A stretch of DNA of 64,000 bases from Octopus vulgaris (taxonomy: Eukaryota), in contig OX597835.1 of assembly GCA_951406725.2 (NCBI GenBank), forward strand, positions 13,950,001-14,014,000, read 5' to 3'. Positions 16,419 through 29,648 of this stretch are shown piece after piece. The notes beneath the pieces were generated by a model, which was given only the letters and a program-made list of their open reading frames with translations, was not told the origin of the DNA and did not search any database. Each line of letters begins with the position of its first letter. Positions within the stretch are counted from its first letter, which is position 1. Made by a program: the position numbers and the translations under genes.

Positions 16419-17000
16419 GCGAGCTGGCAGAAACGTTAGCACGCCGGGCGAAATGCGTAGCCGTTATGTTCTGAGTTCGAATTGCGCCGGCGTCGACTTT
16501 GCCTTTCATCCTTTCGGGGTCGATAAATTAAGTACCAGCTACTCACTGGGGTCGATGTAATCGACTTAATCCCTCTGTCTGTCCTTGTTTGTCCACTCTA
16601 TGTTTAGCCCCTTGTGGGTAGTAAAGAAATAGGTATTTCGTCCACCGCTACGTTCTGAGTTCAAATTCCGCCGAGGTCGACTTTGCCTTTCATCCTTTCG
16701 GGGTCGATAGATTAAGTACCAGCTACTCACTGGGGTCGATGTAATCGACTTAATCCCTCTGTCTGTCCTTGTTTGTCCCCTCTATGTTTAGCCCCTTGTG
16801 GGTAGTAAAGAAATAGGTATTTCGTCCACCGCTACGTTCTGAGTTCAAATTCCGCCGAGGTCGACTTTGCCTTTCATCCTTTCGGGGTCGGTAGATTAAG
16901 TACCAGTTACGCACTGGGGTCGATATAATTGACTTAATCCCTTTGTCTGTCCTTTTTGTCCCCCTCTGTGTTTAGCCCCTTTTGGGTAGTAAAGAAATAA
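16419..17000 (+). mobile_element. SINE trimer, same family
   Basis: One head plus three units with 184-bp period. Confidence 0.85.
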
Positions 17001-17124
17001 GAAATAAGAATGGTTGTGTCTCATTCTGGCAGTTCTTGCATCCAGCACTTCTCAGTTGTTTACGAAATATCTTCCCACGGTACGTTGACAACTATTAATA
17101 GCAAAGAGCTACCTTTCATTATTG

Positions 17125-17455
17125 AAGGCGCTTGGTTCTGTGGTTAGAGCGTCAGGCTCACAGTCACGAGGTAGTGAGTTCGATTACCGGACCGGGCTGT
17201 GTGTTGTGTTCTTGAGCAAGACACTTTATTTTACGTTGCTCCAGTTCTGCTCAGCTGCAGAAAGGAGTCGCGATGTCACTGGTGCCAAGCTGTATCGACC
17301 CCTTTGCCTTTCCCTTGGACAACGTCGGTGACATGGAGAGGGGAAGCTTGTATGCATGGACGACGGCTGGTCTTCCATAAACAACCTTGCCCGGGCTTGT
17401 GCCTGGGAGGGTAACTTTCTAGGTGTAATCCCATTGTCATTCATGACCGAAGGGT
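17125..17455 (+). mobile_element. tRNA-derived SINE family C
   Basis: tRNA-like head plus tgttcttgagcaagacacttt core; copies at 6955-7190 and 48975-49270(-). Confidence 0.8.
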
Positions 17456-17929
17456 GTAGGGTTTTTGATCTTTCCTTAACTTTTCTTTTCCTCATTCAAA
17501 GTATAATGCATTGCCTCTAAATATGCCACAGGACCAACGATTTTAAAAGAAACGGGGGTGAATCCATAAAACCGATTCCAGTATTTGACCAGTATTTCTT
17601 TTTACTAACCCTGCGAGAAGGAAAGGTAAAGTTGATTTCAGCGGAGTTTGGACTCAAAACTTGAAGAAGTCAAAGGGCCGGAATACCCCAAAGTATTTTC
17701 TCCAGCGCTCCAATGATATTTCAACATTTGTTCCAACGCTTTAAGTTCTGAGTTTAAAACCCGCCGAGGTCAGCTTTGCCTTTCATACCTTCGAGATCGA
17801 TAGATTAAAGTCACCTAGAAGAGTCGTTGATTTCGACTAAACCCCTCCTCTTAAAATTGCTGACCTTGTACCTAAATTCCAACCATCCATCCATCCATCC
17901 ATTTGCCCCGTCCACAATTTCTGGGGAGG

Positions 17930-18345
17930 TCGTGGGGTTAGTTACTGTCTTTAGACACCTCAGCCATGGGATCCCATCAGAAGAAACCGTCATTACACTT
18001 TCCGGGTGAATTACCAAGCACGTCCAACAGGGGCTGTGGATATTATCCAACCATCACATTCTTGGTCTGCACCTAGGTTCCCCAGTCGGTTGGCTCGGAT
18101 GCGATTCTTTCCTGCGACATTCTGATCACATGTTCATAGTACCCGGAGCTGTGACCTCGCAATACGAAGAGGTAGCTGCTTGACCTAGAGGTGCACACAC
18201 CCTGTCGAGTAACGTTATCAAAACACCTTTCGGCGGAACCCCCCACTTCGTCCGTTTGTATTCGCGATAATCCTTGGTCGTTGTGCAAATTTCATGACCG
18301 CAGGTGAGGATAGGCACGAAAACCGAACTGAAGATAGCAAGTTTG
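17930..18345 (-). mobile_element. RTE-like LINE 3' fragment, degraded
   Basis: HVIRMSQERIA and W.DNI...WLRCL resemble the RTE ORF C-terminus. Confidence 0.5.
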
Positions 18346-18428
18346 GGTTTTTGATCTCTTTGTATGCAAACTATTAAATTTAGCTAAAACGCCCTCAGTG
18401 TATGTATGCATGCATGCATGTATGTATG

Positions 18429-18462
<34 letters not shown>

Positions 18463-18468
18463 TGTATG

Positions 18469-18500
<32 letters not shown>

Positions 18501-18613
18501 AATGTATGTATGTATGTATGTATGTATGCATCATCATCATCATTATCATCACCATCATCGTCGTCATCATCGTCGCCATCATCGTCATCGCCATTGTCGT
18601 CGTTGTTGTTGTC

Positions 18614-18684
<71 letters not shown>

Positions 18685-18926
18685 AGAAGGCGAGCTGTCA
18701 GAGGTCGTTAGCACGATGGATGGATGAAATACTTAGCCCGCCGCTATGTCCTGAGTTCAAATTCTGCCGAGGTCGACTTTGCCTTTCATCATTTCGGGGT
18801 CGATAAAATTCAGTACCAGTCAAGTACTGGGGGTCGATGTAATCGAGTATCCCCTCCCCCAAATGTCAGGTTTTGTGCCTATAGTAGAAAGGATTACTAT
18901 TATCATTTTCATTATCATCTTCCTTT

Positions 18927-19111
18927 ATACAGTTCTATATTTAAAAGATGAGGAATTATGTACATTATTTACATTATTTACATTATTTACATTATTTACA
19001 TTCGACGGATATTTGTCCTCATCTTATTTGTTGTTAACACAACGTTTCGGCTTATATAGCCTCCAGCTTTCATCAGGAGTCTTAGGGAAATTTCGAACCT
19101 GGGTTCTCATT

Positions 19112-19188
<77 letters not shown>

Positions 19189-19343
19189 CCGCCGAGGTTG
19201 ACTTTGCCTTTCATCCTTTCGGGGTCGATTAAATAAGTACCAGTTACGCACTGGGGCCGATATAATCGACTTAATCCATTCGTCTATCCTTGTTTGTCCT
19301 CTGCGTTTAGCCCCTTGTGGGTAGTAAAAAAAAAATTAAAAAA

Positions 19344-19381
<38 letters not shown>

Positions 19382-19390
19382 TACTACTAC

Positions 19391-19446
<56 letters not shown>

Positions 19447-19537
19447 TCACTGCTTGGAATCGAACTCGGAATCTTGGGTTTAGTAGCCCGCGCTCTTAAC
19501 CACTACGCCATATGCCCGTGGGGTTTCCCCAAGACAC
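18927..19537 (-). mobile_element. tRNA-headed hammerhead element with a nested SINE fragment
   Basis: Head at 19441-19517, hammerhead at 19036-19081; 12-bp direct repeat atcatcttcctt at 18914-18925 and 19538-19549. Confidence 0.75.
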
Positions 19538-19557
19538 ATCATCTTCCTTCAATTCTC

Positions 19558-19850
19558 TTCTGGGGATCGAATCCTTGTGCTGGTGTAAATTTTCTGCTTG
19601 GACCCCCAATTCTTGCATCAAATTCAATCTCCAGCTACTCATCTGCCGTGAACGTCCCAGCCCAGAGATACTTAAACTTCTCCACTTTCTTCGGTGATGT
19701 TCTATTAACATGCAGAGTGGGAAAACTTTCTTGAGAGGACCAATGTTTCTACACCATTGTCTATGGAATGTATACAGCACGATGAGGCAAGTAAAACACT
19801 TTGGTCATCCACCGCATTTGTCTCTATTAATGACCGGTAGGGACACGGTA
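19558..19850 (-). mobile_element. RTE-like LINE RT fragment, probably the same copy as 17930-18345
   Basis: EKVEKFKYLWAGTFTADE*LEIEFDARIG resembles VEKFKYLG..F..DG....EID.RIG. Confidence 0.55.
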
Positions 19851-19861
19851 TTTCGTTCTGC

Positions 19862-20476
19862 AAGGCGGGGAGCTGACCGAAACGTTAGCACGCCGGGCGG
19901 AATGCTTAGCCGTATTTCGTCTGCCGTTACGTTGTGAGTTCAAATTCCGCCGAGGTCGACTTTGCCTTTCATCCTTTCGGGGGGTCGATAAATTAAGTAC
20001 CAGTTACGCACTGGGGTCGATGTAATCAACTTAATACCTATGTATGTCCTTGTTTGTCCCCTCTGTGTTTAGCCCCTTGTGGGTAATAAAGAAATAGGTA
20101 TTTCGACTGCCGTTACTTTCTGAGTTCAAATTCCGCCGAGGTCGACTTTGCCTTTCATCCTTTCGGGGGTCGATAAATTAAGTACCAGTTACGCACTGGA
20201 GTCGATGTAATCAACTTAATACTTATGTCTGTCCTTGTTTGTCCCCTCTGTGTTTAGCCCCTTGTGGGTAATAAAGAAATAGGTATTTCGTCTGCCGTTA
20301 CGTTGTGAGTTCAAATTCCGCCGAGGTCGACTTTGCCTTTCATCCTTTCAGGGTCGATAAATTAAGTACCAGTTACGCACTGGGGTCGATGTAATCAACT
20401 TAATACCCATGTCTGTCCTTGTATGTCCCCTCTGTGTTTAGCCCCTTGTGGGTAATAAAGAAATAGGTATTTCGTT
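19862..20476 (+). mobile_element. SINE trimer, same family
   Basis: One head plus three units. Monomers also at about 26190-26424, 28080-28310 and 55815-56330. Confidence 0.85.
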
Positions 20477-20776
20477 CTGCAGCCATAATATACAACAACG
20501 TATATTAAACGGCTTTAGAAGTCAATACGGTGTGTTCTACTGTGTTAGCAGTGTTACTACATCACTTGTTAAGGTTATCTACTCCTTTACTCTCTTTTAC
20601 TCTTTTACTTGTTTCAGTCAATTTGACTGCGGCCATGCTGGAGCACCGCCTTTTGTTGAGTAAATCGACCCCATGACTTATTCTATCGGTCTCTTTTGCC
20701 GAACCACTAAGTTACGGGGACGTAAACACACCAGCATCGGTTGTCAAGCGATGTAGAGGGGAAGCACAAACATATA

Positions 20777-20819
<43 letters not shown>

Positions 20820-20835
20820 TTTATTTATACACACC

Positions 20836-20906
<71 letters not shown>

Positions 20907-20910
<4 letters not shown>

Positions 20911-21292
20911 TGCCATATTAATATGGCGATAACAATTAATTTCCAGTAACGCTGCCGTAATCTCTTTTAGAGAGACTTAGTAATTTTAATATTTCTATTA
21001 TTGAAAACAAGTGGATGTATTCCACCGAAACTAGGTAAATAAAAACCTTCGAACAGAGATGATCAGTGGCGACTGCTGGGTCGACTACGCTACATTGACA
21101 AAGGGCAAATACCCTGAAACGCGTCTGTAGCTGTCTGACTAGCAGTGTGAAGCGGCTGACCTCCCTTGTTCGAAGGTTATAATGGACACAGTTTGTGTGT
21201 CAAATAGCTATCTTAAGGCGATGGCCTCATGGAGCTAATCAGCGACAGCTTTTAGTCTTATATCTATAAGACTGCCATATTAATATGGCGAT

Positions 21293-21298
<6 letters not shown>
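20907..21298 (+). mobile_element. Retrozyme-like element, 362-nt monomer plus 30-nt terminal redundancy
   Basis: agactgccatattaatatggcgataacaat at 20907-20936 and 21269-21298; one hammerhead inside; flanked by (TA)n. Confidence 0.7.
21089..21131 (+). ncRNA. Minimal type-I hammerhead ribozyme (variant core)
   Basis: GCTACA-TTGACAA-AGGG caaata CCCT-GAAAC-GC-GTC-TGTAGC: 6-bp stem I, 4-bp stem II, palindromic stem III. Confidence 0.75.
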
Positions 21299-21361
<63 letters not shown>

Positions 21362-21867
21362 TACGACGGGCTTCTTTCAGTTTTCTGTCTACCAAATCCA
21401 CTCACAAGGCTTTGGTCGGCCCGAGGCTATAGTAGAAGACACTTGCCCAAGGTGCCACCCAGTGGGACTGAACCCGGAACCATTAAGGATGACGAGATGG
21501 TCCTCGTCGCCCCGGCAGACGAACATGGTCGTCAGCTCTTATGAAACAATTAACGGCATAGATACAGCTTGGATGATATTCCCCAGTGTGAACATCGTTG
21601 TCAGAGAGAAAATCGATTGAGGCTTCTTGCGAAACTTATTGTCTTTTCGTTGCGTCCTGAATGGATGTTGGGATTGACTTTCCTTGTCATTAACCGATGA
21701 TCGATGCATATATACACACAGGTAGGTAGGTAGGTATGTATGTATGTATGTATGTATGTATGTATGTATGTAGGTAGGTAGGTAGGTAGGTAGGTAGGTA
21801 GGTAGGTAGGTAGGTGCGTGGGTGATTAGTTAGGTAGATAGGTAGGTGTGTATGCATGTATTAATAC

Positions 21868-21909
<42 letters not shown>

Positions 21910-22149
21910 GTAGGTGTGTATATGTGTATGTGTGAATGCGTGTACATATGAATATATGTATGTATATATGTATGTATGTATGTGTGTGTGTATGTACGTT
22001 TGTATGTGTGTGCCTGTGTATATGCACGTATGAGTGTAGCGATGTGTGTGTGCGTATGTGTGTGCGCGTGTGTGTCTGTTTGTGTGTGTGTGTGTGTGCG
22101 CGTGTTTGTATGCGCGCGTGTTTGTATGCGCGCGTGTGTGTATGTGTGC

Positions 22150-22950
22150 ATACAGGAGGCTCGGGCTAAACTAGATGATTTTTTTGTCTCCTTTTTCATG
22201 AAAGGCTTGGCGTATCGGTGAACAGTCAATGGTGTTGGAGAGCATAAGGATTAAAGTTCTAGTTGAGATAAAGTTAGCTGACACACGGAGGACTGGAAGT
22301 CTTATGAATATTAGAATAAACTTACTTGAATCATGATGATTCGTGGCCGGGTATTAAAATGCCGGCATCATGACAGCCGCTCAATGCTCTGTGAACTTTA
22401 TAAAGGTCTATAACATTAAAAAGGACCCCAAACTATGATGGCCTTTGGATGCGTCTCCAGTGAGAACAAGGTCATGCCACCCCAGATCTTTGAAGAGGGC
22501 CTTTGGCTCAAATCAGACGGTTATGTGAAGCCACGAGAGACTGTGGTGAAACCCTGGTCGGAGAGGTTGGCTGCTAAAAGGTCATATGTCTGAGGTGGTT
22601 GTCGGAGAATTTCTACTTTACCAGCCCCAATTTCTCAGAATTTCCCACGACTGAAATTCCGTAGGTTACTAAATGTAGGCCATAGTCGAGAAAGACACCA
22701 ACTGCTCTGCCAGGGTCGATCTGGTGGCCAAGATCATGGGAGTGCTTGAAGACCTTCCCAGGAACACAATGACAAACGTGTGCACCAGATTCTAGAGCCG
22801 TCATGAGGCCGTGGTGGAAGCTTCTACCTCCCAGCCGTAATCTAGGTAATATTTTTCGAATTTTTAAAAATACTTTTATTTTGGGGCCAAATATTGTGTT
22901 ATCTTTCCTTTGTATGCAAACTATTAAATTTAGCTAAAACGCCCTCAGTG
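22150..22950 (+). mobile_element. Degenerate IS630-Tc1-mariner (maT/DD37D-like) transposon relic
   Basis: From about 22435: MMAFGCVSSENKVMPPQIFEEGLWLKSDGYVKPRETVVKPWSERLAAKRSYV*, later VEKDTN...VCTRF*SRHEAVVEA; weak terminal inverted similarity. Confidence 0.7.
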
Positions 22951-23295
22951 TATGTATGTATGTATGTATGTATGTATGTATGTATGTATGTATGTATGTA
23001 TGTATGTATGTATGCATGCATGCATGTATGTATGTATGTATGTATGTATGTATGTATGTATGTATGTATGTATGTATGTATGTATGTATGTATGTGTATA
23101 TGTGTGTTCTCCTCTGTTTAAGGTCCGTCGTCATTGAAATATTAGCATTGGAACAGATATTGTATTTCGAGTGGGTCATTATGCCAATGATAAACACGTG
23201 CACTAGCTCCATTTCATTTATCATCATCATCATCATCATCATCATCATCGTCGTCATCGCCATTGTCGTCGTTGTTGTTGTTGTTGTCGTTATTA

Positions 23296-23339
<44 letters not shown>

Positions 23340-23672
23340 AGAAGGCGAGCTGTCAGAGGTCGTTAGCACGATGGATGAAATACTTAGCCCGCCACTATGT
23401 CCTGAGTTCAAATTCTGCTGAAGTCGAATTTGCCTTTCATCATTTCGGGGTCGATAAAATTAAGTACCAGTCAAGTACTGGGGGTCGATGTAATCGAGTA
23501 TCCCCTCCCCCAAATGTCAGGTTTTGTGCCTATAGTAGAAAGGATTACTATTATCATTTTCATTATCATCTTCCTTCAATTCTGTTTCCATTTCTTGCCG
23601 AGTATCTTCCTGACACCTAGGGCAGAGAAGCGTACTGTATATATTGGTAGGCCATTAAAATAAACACACCAG

Positions 23673-23812
23673 TACATTATTTACATTCGACGGATATTTG
23701 TCCTCATCATGTTTGTTGTTAACACAACGTTTCGGCTGATATACCCTCCAGCTTTCATCAGGAGTCTTAAGGAAATTTCGAACCTGGGTTCTCATTATCA
23801 TTATTATTATTG

Positions 23813-23876
<64 letters not shown>

Positions 23877-24097
23877 TCACTGCTTGGAATCGAACTCGGA
23901 ATCTTGGGTTTAGTAGCCCGCGCTCTTAACCACTACGCCATATGCCCGTGGGTTTCCCCAAGACACCTGGTGATGGCTGGAGAGTATATAAGCCGAAACG
24001 TTGTGTTAACAACAAACAAGATGAGGACAAATATCCGTCGAATGTAAATAATGTAAATAATGTACGTAATTCCTCATCTCTTAAATATAGAACTGTA
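23673..24097 (-). mobile_element. tRNA-headed, hammerhead-bearing element with inverted arm
   Basis: tRNA-like head at 23871-23947 (-), (AAT)n, body with hammerhead at 23721-23766 (-); inverted arm 23953-24097 with hammerhead at 23962-24007 (+). Confidence 0.8.
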
Positions 24098-24240
24098 GAA
24101 ACACAGCAGATTGTTCATTTACAAAGTCATGTGATAGAGAAGGGGGAGGGGAACGACATAGAAAAAGGAAAAAATAAAAAATAAAACACTAAACAAAGAA
24201 AATAAAGGGATAAAAAGGAGAGAAAATTCACAGGGACAAT

Positions 24241-24990
24241 TACTGAGTGTTTGATTCCGTCCCCTTCAAATACCCCTAGGTATTTCTAATTCCTTTATGA
24301 GATTCTACTGGTCAACATTAACGTTGGATATTCCTGTTATTTTTTCTTTGATAAAGGTAGCTTTTGCACATTTATCGAGGCCAAATTGCATCCTGATGTC
24401 ATCACTGAATTGTTTAACAATCGCTAGTAAGCCCTGTAGCTGTTGGTCATTTTTTACAAAGAGCTTTAAATCATCCATGTAAATGAGATGATTTATATTT
24501 TTATCAAACATTTATAGCCGTATTGTACATAATCGAGCAATTTCGAGAGAGAGGTATTAAGGCTAGACAAAAGAGGAGTGGGGATAGAGAGTCACCCTGG
24601 AAAATGCCACACGAAATTCTTACATCTCCAGCATTAAGAGATTCATTGTCACTATTCAAAGTCAGCGTGGTTCTTCAGGATCTCATACTTACAGACAAAA
24701 TGTTTCGCAGAGTAGGTGCTATTTTATACATCTCCAGACATTTCTTAATCCAGTTATGTGGTAGACTATCAAAAGAGTTTTTATAGTCTACCAAGGCTAT
24801 TGGTAAGTTTTTGTGTCGTTTGTGACAATCTTCCAAGATCATCTTATTGATAAGTCTTTACAGCCACAGGACCCACATTTACCTCCTTTTTGCTCATTAG
24901 GGAATATGCTACTTTCTATTAAAAAAAACAAACTATAGGTATATTCAGTCAAGACAGATGTTAGCATTTTATACATTGTTGTTAAACTTT
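24241..24990 (-). mobile_element. R4/Dong-like LINE reverse transcriptase fragment, degraded
   Basis: GIFQGDSLSPLLFCLAL and INHLIYMDDLKLF...FSDDIRMQFGLDKCA on the minus strand, with stops and frameshifts. Confidence 0.85.
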
Positions 24991-26579
24991 CGGCGCTATT
25001 TCTTATTTGGTGTCAAAAGCTTTCTCACTGACACGATTAAACTGCCACCAACCCATTTCAGTCTCAACATTGCAAAGATATTTTTCTCCAGAACTATTGT
25101 TCAAAGACTGTTCTGAATCAATGCCGAGTTTTCGCTTGCTATTCTATAACAATAACAATCCATGTCGTATAATTTCGACTGTTATATTTCTTTTTTACAG
25201 AGGTGTACTTTTATTTCACTTTAAAAAAATTTTTATGACGTTATATTTGATAGTTGTGACAGCCTGACAATATAAATATTTCACATTAAAATAATTTTTA
25301 TGACTTTTATTTTGGACACTTCTGACAGTTGTGACAACATAAATATTCCACATTAGGAGGCGCAATGGCCCGGTCGTAGGATCGCGGTTTCGATTCCCAG
25401 ACCGGGCGTTATGAGTGTTTATTGAGCGAAAACACCTAAAGCTCCATGAGGCTCCGGCAGAGGATGGTGGTGATCCCTGCTGTACTCTTTCACCACAACT
25501 TTCTCTCACTCTTACTTCCTGTTTCTGTTGTACCTGTATTTCAAAGGGCCGGCCTTGTCACTCTCTGTGTCACGCTGAATATCCCCGAGAACTACGTTAA
25601 GGGTACACGTGTCTGTGGAGTGCTCAGCCACTTGCACGTTAATTTCACGAGCAGGCTGTTCCGTTGATCGGATCAACCGGAACCCTCGTCGTCGTAACCG
25701 ACGGAGTGCTTCCATCATCCATTCCACATTAGAATGAAACTCCAAAACCGAAGACAATATAACCATGAGTGAATAAAGAAAAGAAGGAAGAAGAAAATCG
25801 TCAACTAAACGCCAAGTGCAGCAATTGGTCGCACACCACAGGGTCAACGACCAAGTGCATCAATTGGTCGCACACCACAGGATCAACGCAACCTATCGAA
25901 GCAAGCCAACACGCTCGCGGCATTGCCGCGGGCAATGGCGAGGCTAAGGTGTTGGAACAGTCAAGCATTCTTTTGGGTATCACCTGTCACCACGATCAGG
26001 CGAGCAGCTAACGGTGACAACAGCCCAACATCTCCAAACGTCTCAAATGCCAAAGGCTGAACAAAATGGTTCACTGACAAGTTCCGTTACATATAGGATT
26101 CGTATAGACTGTGGCATCCCAGATTAGACACCTACGTCTAAACCAGGGACACAACTAAAACTATCTGGCCTCTTCCCATCGCTTTTGGATAATACCTATT
26201 TCTTTATTACCCACAAGGGGCTAAACATAGAGGGGACAAATAAAGACAGACATAGGTATTATGTCGATTACATCGACTCCAGTGCGTAACTGGTACTTAA
26301 TTTATCGACCCCGAAAGGATGAAAGGCAAAGTCGACCTCGGCGGAATTTGAACTCAACGTAACGGCAGACGAAGTACCGCAAAGCATTTCGCCCGGTGTG
26401 CTAACGCTTCTGCTAGCTCGCCGCTTTTGGATAATACCGCCGGCTCCAGACTCGAGAGGATATTTACCCGAACCAGGGCCATGTTTTGATCTGAGGTCGT
26501 GTGTTGAAACTAAAATGATTACAGTGTGGAAGACACCCGTCAGATATTCAGAAACAGGCAAAAACTGTTAACTTCACTT

Positions 26580-27205
26580 AATCATTTCGTGTTTGTTATA
26601 TGCTGCCAAAATTTTCGTCACTGTTTCTCATCTGCTGTCAGAATGTTTGTCACTTTGCTATCTGGGGTAAAAAGTTCCGTCACTGTTTGTTATCTGGTTC
26701 TAAATTTTCGTCACTGTTCATTATATGGTATCAAAAGTTTCATCACATTGTGATCTAGTGTCAAAAATTTTGTCACTGTTTTTTGGATGGTGTCAAATAT
26801 TTTCTCTCTATTATCTGGTGTGAAACTTTTCGCCACTGCTTGTTATATGCAGTCAAGATTTTCGTCAGTTTCTCATATGCTATTAAAACTTTCGTCACTG
26901 TTTCTTATCTGGTTTCAAAATTTTCTTCACTTTGTTATCTGCAATCAGAATATTCACCACTGTTTGTTAAATGGTGTCAAAATTTTCGTCAGTTTTTTTT
27001 TTTTTCTGGTGTCAAATTTTCACCACTGATTCTAATCTCGAGTCAAAATTTTCTTCAGTATTTCTAAACTCCTACCAAAATTTTCGTCAGTTTGTTATGT
27101 GGTGTCAAAATTGTCGTCATTATCTCCTATCAAAATTTTCTTCACTGTTTCTAATGCCACAATGTTTGTCAATGTATGTTATATGGTGTGAAAATTTTCC
27201 TCACT
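26580..27205. repeat. Degenerate ~32-bp minisatellite
   Basis: Consensus approximately ctgtttgttatctggtgtcaaaattttcgtca, roughly 19 diverged units. Confidence 0.8.
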
Positions 27206-27692
27206 GACACCATTACGCTGCCATCAACACTTGTCACTTTCTACATTATGAAGATACTTTTTGTCCAGAACTATTGTCAAAAATTATTGTTCTGAATAAA
27301 CGGAGCGCTTTCGCCCTCTATTCTGTAACAACAACAATCCATGTCGTATAACTTTGACTATTATATTTCTTTTCTAATGAAGTGTACTTTTATTTCATGT
27401 TTAAAAATCTTCTATGGCTTTTACTGTTACACAGTTGTGATAACCTGACAGCATAAATATTCCACATTTTTTATGGCTTTTATTTTAGACAGTTCTGACA
27501 GTTGCGATAACATAAGTATTGCACATTGAAATAAAAATCCAAAATCGAAGACAATATAAGTGAGGTTAACGGCCTTTCTGAATTACTAACCTGTGACTTT
27601 CACGCATTTCTTGTTTATTGATTTGAAAGAAAAAGAAAAGAATTATATTACCGTTATTGTCATATTGTCAAAACTTCCGAGTTTATTATATA

Positions 27693-28079
27693 CTAGCAGT
27701 ATCGCCCGGCGTTGCTCAGGTTTGTAAGGGAAATAACTATAAAGCATTTTTAGAGAGTTATAGCCAAAAAATAGCAAAAAAATGGGAAAAAAATGATGGT
27801 AAATTTTTTTTTTTGATAGTTAAAAAAGGTGGAGTTGCGTCCCCTAGACGGTCTGTGGTTTGGGTTTCTGATTCTCGACCCCATGTCGAATTTATCGATT
27901 TTTTTCAGAACTGGGGGAACTTTTCAAAATTTTCGCTGCGTTAGTTTTGAATTATGACATTGGGCTATGTGTGTGTCAAGTTTCATCAGAATCGGTTGAA
28001 AGCCGTGGTCAGAGTGAGGGTACGAGAAAACAGACACACAGAAAACGCACAGACAAACTGCCGTTTATATAGAGAGAGA
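27693..28079 (-). mobile_element. Non-autonomous Helitron sharing its 3' end with 36244-36758
   Basis: Minus strand starts A|TCTCTCTCTATATAAAC and ends gcaacgccgggcgatactgCTAG|T. Confidence 0.8.
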
Positions 28080-29229
28080 TTTCTTTACTACCCACAAGGG
28101 GCTAAACACAGAGGGGACCAACAAGGACAGACAAAGGGATTAAGTCGACTACATCGACTCCAGTGCGTAACTGGTACTTAATTTATCGACCCCCGAAAGG
28201 ATGAAAGGCGAAGTCGACCTCGGCGGAATTTGAACTCGGAACGTAACGGCAGACGAAATACGGCTGCGCATTTCGCCCGGCGTGCTAACGTTTCTGCCAG
28301 CTCGCCGCCTTTCCGAGTTTATTATAGTTTAATGATGTGGGATGAATATGACAATCTTACACAGAGAGGGCGGGGGGGGGGGAATGGAAGAAAGAAAGAA
28401 ACAAACAAACAAACAAAGATACTATTTGTGACTTCGATTTCTCGGAAGAGAAACGACGTTGGTCTTTTGTTTTCCATAAGTTTTATGAATGCATGACAAC
28501 CTACAAAGCCTTTTTTTTTCTGCCTTGTTATTGAATCGTGTTAAGACTTCTATATTTATCGAGTTTTTTTTTTTACGTAGACCAGTGCACATTACATGTT
28601 TGTATACAAATGTTCCATGATATTGTTTTATATGGGTGGGTATACACATCGAAAACCTTTTATTTTCATCAAGCGAATTATCTTATAAAATTATTTTTTA
28701 TTAGATAATATGAGTGCGTTCATATTGTGTTATAATACAGTTCAAAAGCAATTTTTGTGTAGAGAATAATCTATACGGTGTTGTGTTAAAGGATAACGTG
28801 GAAAAGCGTTCACATTAATTTCACTCTTTTAGGAAAAACAGTTGAAGGTTTGGCATTTAAAAAAATCCATTGTAAAAAATTGGTGGGTGGAGACAAGCAG
28901 TTGGGCTCTCCTTGGTCAACGGAGCCTACTGCTTAAGCGCACCTAAGCAAAATGATAAATCCGGCACTGTATATATATATATATATATATATATAGGTTA
29001 AATGAGACATACTTATCTGCATGGCCGAAACAGCTGTCAGTTATAATGTATATGTATTTCTATATCTTGTTATATTTATTTAGTTATATCTCATTATATT
29101 GATTGTAATTGTTGTACTGTATTAATGTCTAATCTTAATGCTCTTGTGTAGTGTTTTAATAAAGTATATGATTCGGTATTATCTGATAGTTGATGAATGA
29201 TTTAGATATATTTCTCCATTTTCTTATTT

Positions 29230-29286
<57 letters not shown>

Positions 29287-29605
29287 CAGGTGAAGGCCGG
29301 TTTATGGGGTTACCACGGGTTTCCCATCCATGAAATATTTTAAAGAGGTCTTAGGCCAACAGGTCCTGGGGGCATGATGATACGCCATAAACTTAAACCC
29401 ATTATGGACGGGAAAGTCAGAGTAACTCTATAAACCGGCTGTCACCGGGAAAAAATATAGACTACTCTACTTCTTCGAGAGTGCTTCTTCTCCGGATTTA
29501 TGTGTTTCTAAAAACAATATATATATATATATATGTGACCCGCGTGTGTACCGTTGGCGATTTTTTTCCTCCGTTTTCTCGTCTTTGGATTTTTCCTTTT
29601 CCTAT

Positions 29606-29648
<43 letters not shown>

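Noticed and set aside
19441-19517. tRNA-like sequence as a functional tRNA gene
   Set aside because: The acceptor stem does not pair and the sequence recurs as the head of a repeat family.
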